This document shows positions 48,388 to 52,799 of a DNA stretch of 52,799 bases, in pieces. This DNA comes from an uncultured Sangeribacter sp. (lineage in GTDB: Bacteria; Bacteroidota; Bacteroidia; Bacteroidales; Muribaculaceae), in NCBI GenBank assembly GCA_964503095.1, contig CAZCZX010000001.1:1-52799 (forward strand), read 5' to 3'. How positions within the stretch are numbered: the first letter of the stretch is position 1; each line of letters opens with the position of its first letter. Position numbers and translations under genes: made by a program. A model generated the notes under the pieces. That model was given only the letters and a program-made list of their open reading frames with translations. It was not told where the DNA came from and did no database searches.

Positions 48388-49773
48388 TTATAATATTTGC
48401 TGCTTAAGTTTTTCTACATATTGATCAATGCGGTGCAATTCTTTTGGAATGTCTATTTCCTGCGGACAGTGAGAAACACATTGATTGCATCCAATGCAGT
48501 GGCTTGCCTGCCTAAGTTTAGGCACTGATCTGTCGTATCCAACAAGGAAAGCCCGACGAGCCTCAGCATATCTTGGAGACTGACTGGATGTCGGGAGATT
48601 ATCCTGATTTACGCATTTATTGTAGTGCAAAAGATTTGCAGGAATGTCAATGCCATAAGGACATGGCATGCAGTATTTGCAGTCGTTGCATGGCACTGTC
48701 GGATATTCCTTCATTAAGTCAGCAGTCTCTTGCAAGAATGCAAGATCATCTTCCGTAAGGGGTTTGAGAGGACTATAGGTATGGAGATTGTCATCAAGAT
48801 GCTCCATATAAGTCATTCCGCTCAAGACAGTCAGAATATCAGGATGTGTGCCGGCAAACCTGAATGCCCATGATGCCACACTCTCTTCCGGCTCCCTCTG
48901 TTTTAGGCGGTTAGCTATATTATCGGGTACTTTTGCGAGTCTGCCACCCAATAGAGGCTCCATTATCACAGCAGGAATCCCTCTCTTCTCCAATTCATCA
49001 TAAAGATAATGGGCGTTCACGCTTAAAGGTTCTTCCTCTTTTGAGCGTTTCCAATCCAAATAGTTAAGTTGAATCTGTACGAAATCCCATTTGTATTCGT
49101 CTTGCTTCGAGAGTAGATAATCAAACACCTCAATATCGCCATGATAAGAGAATCCGAGATTCTTAATGCGACCTTCCTCACGTTCTTTCATCAGGAAATC
49201 GAGTACTCCATTGTCGATATATCTTTGACGGAGATTTTCCAATCCGCCTCCTCCTACAGCGTGAAGAAGCATATAGTCGATATAATCGGTCTTAAGTTCT
49301 TTCTTAGAATTCTCATACATCGCTATTGATGCCTCCCTTGAATGTGTTGCCGGATTGAAGTTTGAAAGTTTTGTGGCGATATAATAACTGTCACGGGGGT
49401 GGCGGCTCAATGCTATCCCAGTGGCTCGCTCCGACATACCCTGACAATATACTGGAGAAGTATCGAAATAATTCACTCCGTTTTCAAGGGCGGTGTCTAC
49501 AAGACGATTCACCATCTCTTGATCTATCTCCTCATCTCCATCATTTCCTCCTTCTATGGGTTTTGTAGGCCAACGCATGCAACCATATCCGAGAATAGAG
49601 ACCTTTTCTCCTGTCTTTGGATTTATGCGATAAGTCATTTCTCCATCTATAGATTCAGGAGCGACAGAGACAGTCTTTTCAGCGTTTTTACATCCTGCCA
49701 AAGTAAGACCGACAACTGAAGTTCCTATTCCAAATTGCTTTAAGAAGTCGCGACGGCTAATGTTATTACTCAT
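48388..49773 (-). CDS. Aldo/keto-reductase-fold protein with C-terminal 4Fe-4S dicluster and Tat-lipoprotein signal
   Basis: SRRDFLK plus LAG-C; LGYGCMR, NYFDTS..Y, ATKL, LGFSYH; CNDCKYCMPCP and CIGCNQCVSHCP. Confidence 0.85.
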   Translation of the reverse strand: MSNNISRRDFLKQFGIGTSVVGLTLAGCKNAEKTVSVAPESIDGEMTYRINPKTGEKVSILGYGCMRWPTKPIEGGNDGDEEIDQEMVNRLVDTALENGVNYFDTSPVYCQGMSERATGIALSRHPRDSYYIATKLSNFNPATHSREASIAMYENSKKELKTDYIDYMLLHAVGGGGLENLRQRYIDNGVLDFLMKEREEGRIKNLGFSYHGDIEVFDYLLSKQDEYKWDFVQIQLNYLDWKRSKEEEPLSVNAHYLYDELEKRGIPAVIMEPLLGGRLAKVPDNIANRLKQREPEESVASWAFRFAGTHPDILTVLSGMTYMEHLDDNLHTYSPLKPLTEDDLAFLQETADLMKEYPTVPCNDCKYCMPCPYGIDIPANLLHYNKCVNQDNLPTSSQSPRYAEARRAFLVGYDRSVPKLRQASHCIGCNQCVSHCPQEIDIPKELHRIDQYVEKLKQQIL

Positions 49774-49786
49774 AATCTTAATTTGG

Positions 49787-51316
49787 TTAGATGATTCTGT
49801 GATTTTCATGTCCTTCTACATAAATAGCACTGAATGGACGTGCTGGACAAAGATTTTCGCAAGCACCGCAACCGATGCAAAGTTCGGTATTGACAGCCGG
49901 AATCTTATGTCCGTTTTTATAATCCACCATCGTGATAGCACCGGTGGGACAGTGGCGTGCGCAGTTGCCGCATTCCACTTCGTCAGTAATTGGTACGCAG
50001 TTGTCTTTCACCCACACCGCATGGCCGATTTGGATTGAAGATTTGTCGACAGTGTCAATTGGACGGATTGCCCCGGTCGGGCATACATCTGAGCAGCGAG
50101 TACATTCCGGTCGGCAATATCCACGCTCATATGAAGATTCAGGTTGCATGAAATTTTCAATGTCTGTCATAGGGCGTAGCACTCCATTCGGGCAGGCTGA
50201 GACACATAGTTGGCAGGCTGTACAGTGATCGTTGAGATTACGAAGACTTATTGCTCCAGGCGGTACTATACGGGTCTTGCGTTTTGGAACTTTCTTTTCT
50301 TCAATGACTGCAAGGCCACCATCCACAGTCTTATCTGCAGCCGAAAGCGCAGCAGTTGTGCCGACAAGTGCAGTAGTGGTGAGGAACTGCCTACGAGAAC
50401 CATCTACTTTTTCTGTAACGGTATCATGACTTGCAGATTTAATGCCAACATATTTGAAAGAAAGTGCACCTTTATTGCATTTTCCAAGGCAATCAAAACA
50501 AGACACACATCGAGAATAGTCCACCTTATGATTTGGAATATCTATACATGAGGATTTGCAGTTGCGGGAACATAGATTGCAGTTAACACATTTAGACTTA
50601 TCTATTACAATGCGAAATAATGAAAAACGGGAGAAGAAACCTAAAACAGTGCCAACAGGACAAATTGAATTGCAATAAGTGCGTCCATTCCGCCAAGCAA
50701 GAATAGCCAAAATTACTAAAGTGACTACTGCCACAATCATGACACCATAGCCATTTTGCCAAAATTCCACATTATAGAAAGCATAGCTGTTATGCTGTTC
50801 AGCCCAAGACGCAAGAAGATTATTGCCCCATATCCAAATAGGCCTCAAAATACTTGAGACTATCCTACCATAGGCACTGTAAGGAGCAAGAAGAGCCACC
50901 ATAGAATTGACACCGGCGATAATTGCAATTATCATAATCGCAAGGAAAGAATAGCGTAATATATTCAAAGGTCTTGAATATGAATATCGATTTCTCTTCA
51001 TCTTCTTTCCCAACCATCCAAATCCATCCTGCATTATTCCGAGAGGACAAATTATGGAGCAATAAAGACGTCCGAAAAGCAATGTGAGAATTATCAATCC
51101 AATTATGACAATAACATTGAGTGAAAGCACGGCAGGCAAAAACTGGATTTTTGCCATCCATCCAAATATTGATTGCCAAGTTCCTGTAAAATCAAGAAAA
51201 AGGGGAGTTATTAAGAGAATGCTCACCAATGCCAGGACTCTTCTGACAGTAGCAAAATTATTATGCAGATTGACTTTTTTAGCTATATTCGGCGACTTTT
51301 TTTCGGCTAATTTCAT
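49787..51316 (-). CDS. Membrane polyferredoxin (NapH/MauN-like region fused to NapG/MauM-like domain)
   Basis: About 4 TM helices, two CxxxCP motifs, multiple CxxCxxCxxxC motifs and internal SRRQFL. A promoter at 51359-51366 favours start 51316. Confidence 0.85.
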   Translation of the reverse strand: MKLAEKKSPNIAKKVNLHNNFATVRRVLALVSILLITPLFLDFTGTWQSIFGWMAKIQFLPAVLSLNVIVIIGLIILTLLFGRLYCSIICPLGIMQDGFGWLGKKMKRNRYSYSRPLNILRYSFLAIMIIAIIAGVNSMVALLAPYSAYGRIVSSILRPIWIWGNNLLASWAEQHNSYAFYNVEFWQNGYGVMIVAVVTLVILAILAWRNGRTYCNSICPVGTVLGFFSRFSLFRIVIDKSKCVNCNLCSRNCKSSCIDIPNHKVDYSRCVSCFDCLGKCNKGALSFKYVGIKSASHDTVTEKVDGSRRQFLTTTALVGTTAALSAADKTVDGGLAVIEEKKVPKRKTRIVPPGAISLRNLNDHCTACQLCVSACPNGVLRPMTDIENFMQPESSYERGYCRPECTRCSDVCPTGAIRPIDTVDKSSIQIGHAVWVKDNCVPITDEVECGNCARHCPTGAITMVDYKNGHKIPAVNTELCIGCGACENLCPARPFSAIYVEGHENHRII

Positions 51317-51358
51317 ATATTGTTCAAATTGTTCAAAGTTGTTTTGCTGTTTATAAGG

Positions 51359-51366
51359 CAAAATTA
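51359..51366 (-). promoter_or_regulatory. -7 element (TAATTTTG) for the polyferredoxin-AKR operon
   Basis: Consensus match; overlaps the ORF-track start codon. Confidence 0.6.
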
Positions 51367-51528
51367 ATAAAAAACTTCAATCTTTGCAAATTTGGTTTTT
51401 CATATATGCATTTCTATAACTTTTCACTCAGAGCCCTTTTATGTCTAAATTATCTGTTATCCTACTGATACATCATAATAAATACGCCTTTTTATGAAGT
51501 ATTTTTTGGAGGATATTCTGAATTTTAT

Positions 51529-51536
51529 TAGTTTTG
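51529..51536 (+). promoter_or_regulatory. -7 element (TAGTTTTG) for the Ca/Na antiporter
   Basis: Consensus match about 107 nt upstream of ATG 51644. Confidence 0.5.
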
Positions 51537-51643
51537 CAGCAGATTATAATATCCATTGTGATATTATACATTTGAAATATTAGATTATATAATTATATAT
51601 TAGTCAAAGAAGTCGAATTAATAAGGATTAATCAGTTATAAAG

Positions 51644-52624
51644 ATGTTAAATGTATTTTGGCTGCTTTTTGGAGTGGCATTGATTATTTTTGCGGCCAAT
51701 TGGCTGACTGACGGAGCCGCTTCGGTGGCGCGCAGATTTGGTATCAGCGATCTTGTCGTGGGCCTTACAGTGGTGGCATTCGGCACATCTACACCGGAAC
51801 TTTCCATCAGCATTGTCTCAGCCTTGCAAGGAAATGCTCCGATGGCAGTCGGCAATGTAGTGGGAAGCAACATCTTCAATATCCTGGTCATCATTGGAGT
51901 TGTAGCTGTAGTTAGGCCTATCAAGGTGCAAGCTTCAGTCATGGTCAATGAAATTGGCTTGGTGATTATCTCTTCCCTGGCTCTTCTCGCCATCGGATTT
52001 GATGACGTTTTGGATGGAGGAGGAGAGAGGTTGGTGTCTCGCACTTCAGGCATCCTCCTTTTGCTCTTCTTCATTATTTTTCTGCGCTATACGTTCGCCC
52101 AAGCGAAACATGCACCGGACTCTGCCAATGACCCCGCAGCTTTGAAGGCGGCCGAAAAACCGGAAATGCCCGTGTGGCGAGCGATAATAAAGATTGTTGC
52201 TGGCTTAGGTGGACTTGTGTATGGTGGCGACAGATTTGTAGACGGTGCTTCCGGTGTAGCTCTTTCTCTTGGAATGAGTGAGGCTGTAGTAGGCCTTACG
52301 ATTGTCGCCGCCGGAACATCACTTCCCGAATTGGCAGCTTCTGTGGCGGCCGCAATCAAAGGGAATTCCGGAATTGCAGTAGGAAATGTAATCGGGAGTA
52401 ATATATTCAATATCTTCTTCGTGCTCGGCACTACGGCTACAATCTCTCCGCTACCATTTGGAGGTGTATCACACTTCGACCTTCTTGTGATGATGGTATC
52501 CGCACTGCTTTTCTGGTTTTTCTGCTGGAAATTTGGCAAGCGTACCATTACTCGCCCTGAGGGAGCAATCCTGGTGGCCTGCTATATCGCATATATTGCT
52601 TATCAAGTCACTACAATCTCATAA
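51644..52624 (+). CDS. Calcium/sodium antiporter (CaCA, YrbG-like)
   Basis: Two alpha repeats, GTSTPEL...GNVVGSN and GTSLPEL...GNVIGSN. Confidence 0.92.
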   Translation: MLNVFWLLFGVALIIFAANWLTDGAASVARRFGISDLVVGLTVVAFGTSTPELSISIVSALQGNAPMAVGNVVGSNIFNILVIIGVVAVVRPIKVQASVMVNEIGLVIISSLALLAIGFDDVLDGGGERLVSRTSGILLLLFFIIFLRYTFAQAKHAPDSANDPAALKAAEKPEMPVWRAIIKIVAGLGGLVYGGDRFVDGASGVALSLGMSEAVVGLTIVAAGTSLPELAASVAAAIKGNSGIAVGNVIGSNIFNIFFVLGTTATISPLPFGGVSHFDLLVMMVSALLFWFFCWKFGKRTITRPEGAILVACYIAYIAYQVTTIS

Positions 52625-52672
52625 AAATCACACAAAAATCAGGAAAATCTTGCGAGTTTGAGAATTTTTTTG

Positions 52673-52680
52673 TAATTTTG
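52673..52680 (+). promoter_or_regulatory. -7 element (TAATTTTG) for the rpsF operon
   Basis: Consensus match, 74 nt upstream of ATG 52755. Confidence 0.6.
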
Positions 52681-52754
52681 TGCCGTTTTTGAGGCGACTT
52701 ATGTTTATGTCGGCTTCAAAACAGTGATAAATAACCAATTAATTAATTAAACGT

Positions 52755-52799
52755 ATGAATCGTTACGAAACCGTTTTCATTTTAACTCCCGTTTTGTCT
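52755..52799 (+). CDS. rpsF: 30S ribosomal protein S6 (first 15 codons; truncated by window end)
   Basis: Manual translation MNRYETVFILTPVLS matches the Bacteroidota S6 N-terminus. Confidence 0.85.
   Translation, partial: MNRYETVFILTPVLS

Overview
This 52.8-kb window looks like core chromosome from a gut Bacteroidales bacterium. The protein styles suggest Muribaculaceae, but that assignment is inference. Bacteroidota evidence: recurrent TAnnTTTG (-7) and TTTG (-33) promoter elements, AT-rich translation starts without Shine-Dalgarno motifs, and signal peptides cleaved before Gln. About 43 densely packed CDSs were found, mostly housekeeping: ndh, hslR, uvrA, U32/RlhA-like, smpB, purF-like, rubrerythrin, mnmA, argR, ssb, speA, truA, ligA, prfC, TrpB2, sbcCD, serA/serC, a Ca/Na antiporter and the start of rpsF. 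There is also a three-gene xylan/arabinan CAZyme cluster without SusC/D. I saw no tRNA, rRNA, CRISPR array, transposase or phage gene. The most unusual signal is an adjacent pair of intact but apparently repurposed arginine-pathway genes. The ArgR has its arginine-binding GTIAGDDT motif changed to GTIAGANT, and the ArgC homologue has lost all recognisable catalytic and cofactor motifs. They are followed by a tail-less SSB and speA, with no other arg genes nearby. Other points of interest: a PurF lacking the glutaminase Cys1, a GH43-CBM6-GH8 fusion, and a Tat-linked membrane polyferredoxin plus Fe-S aldo/keto-reductase module. All family calls come from motif recognition by eye; no database searches were run.
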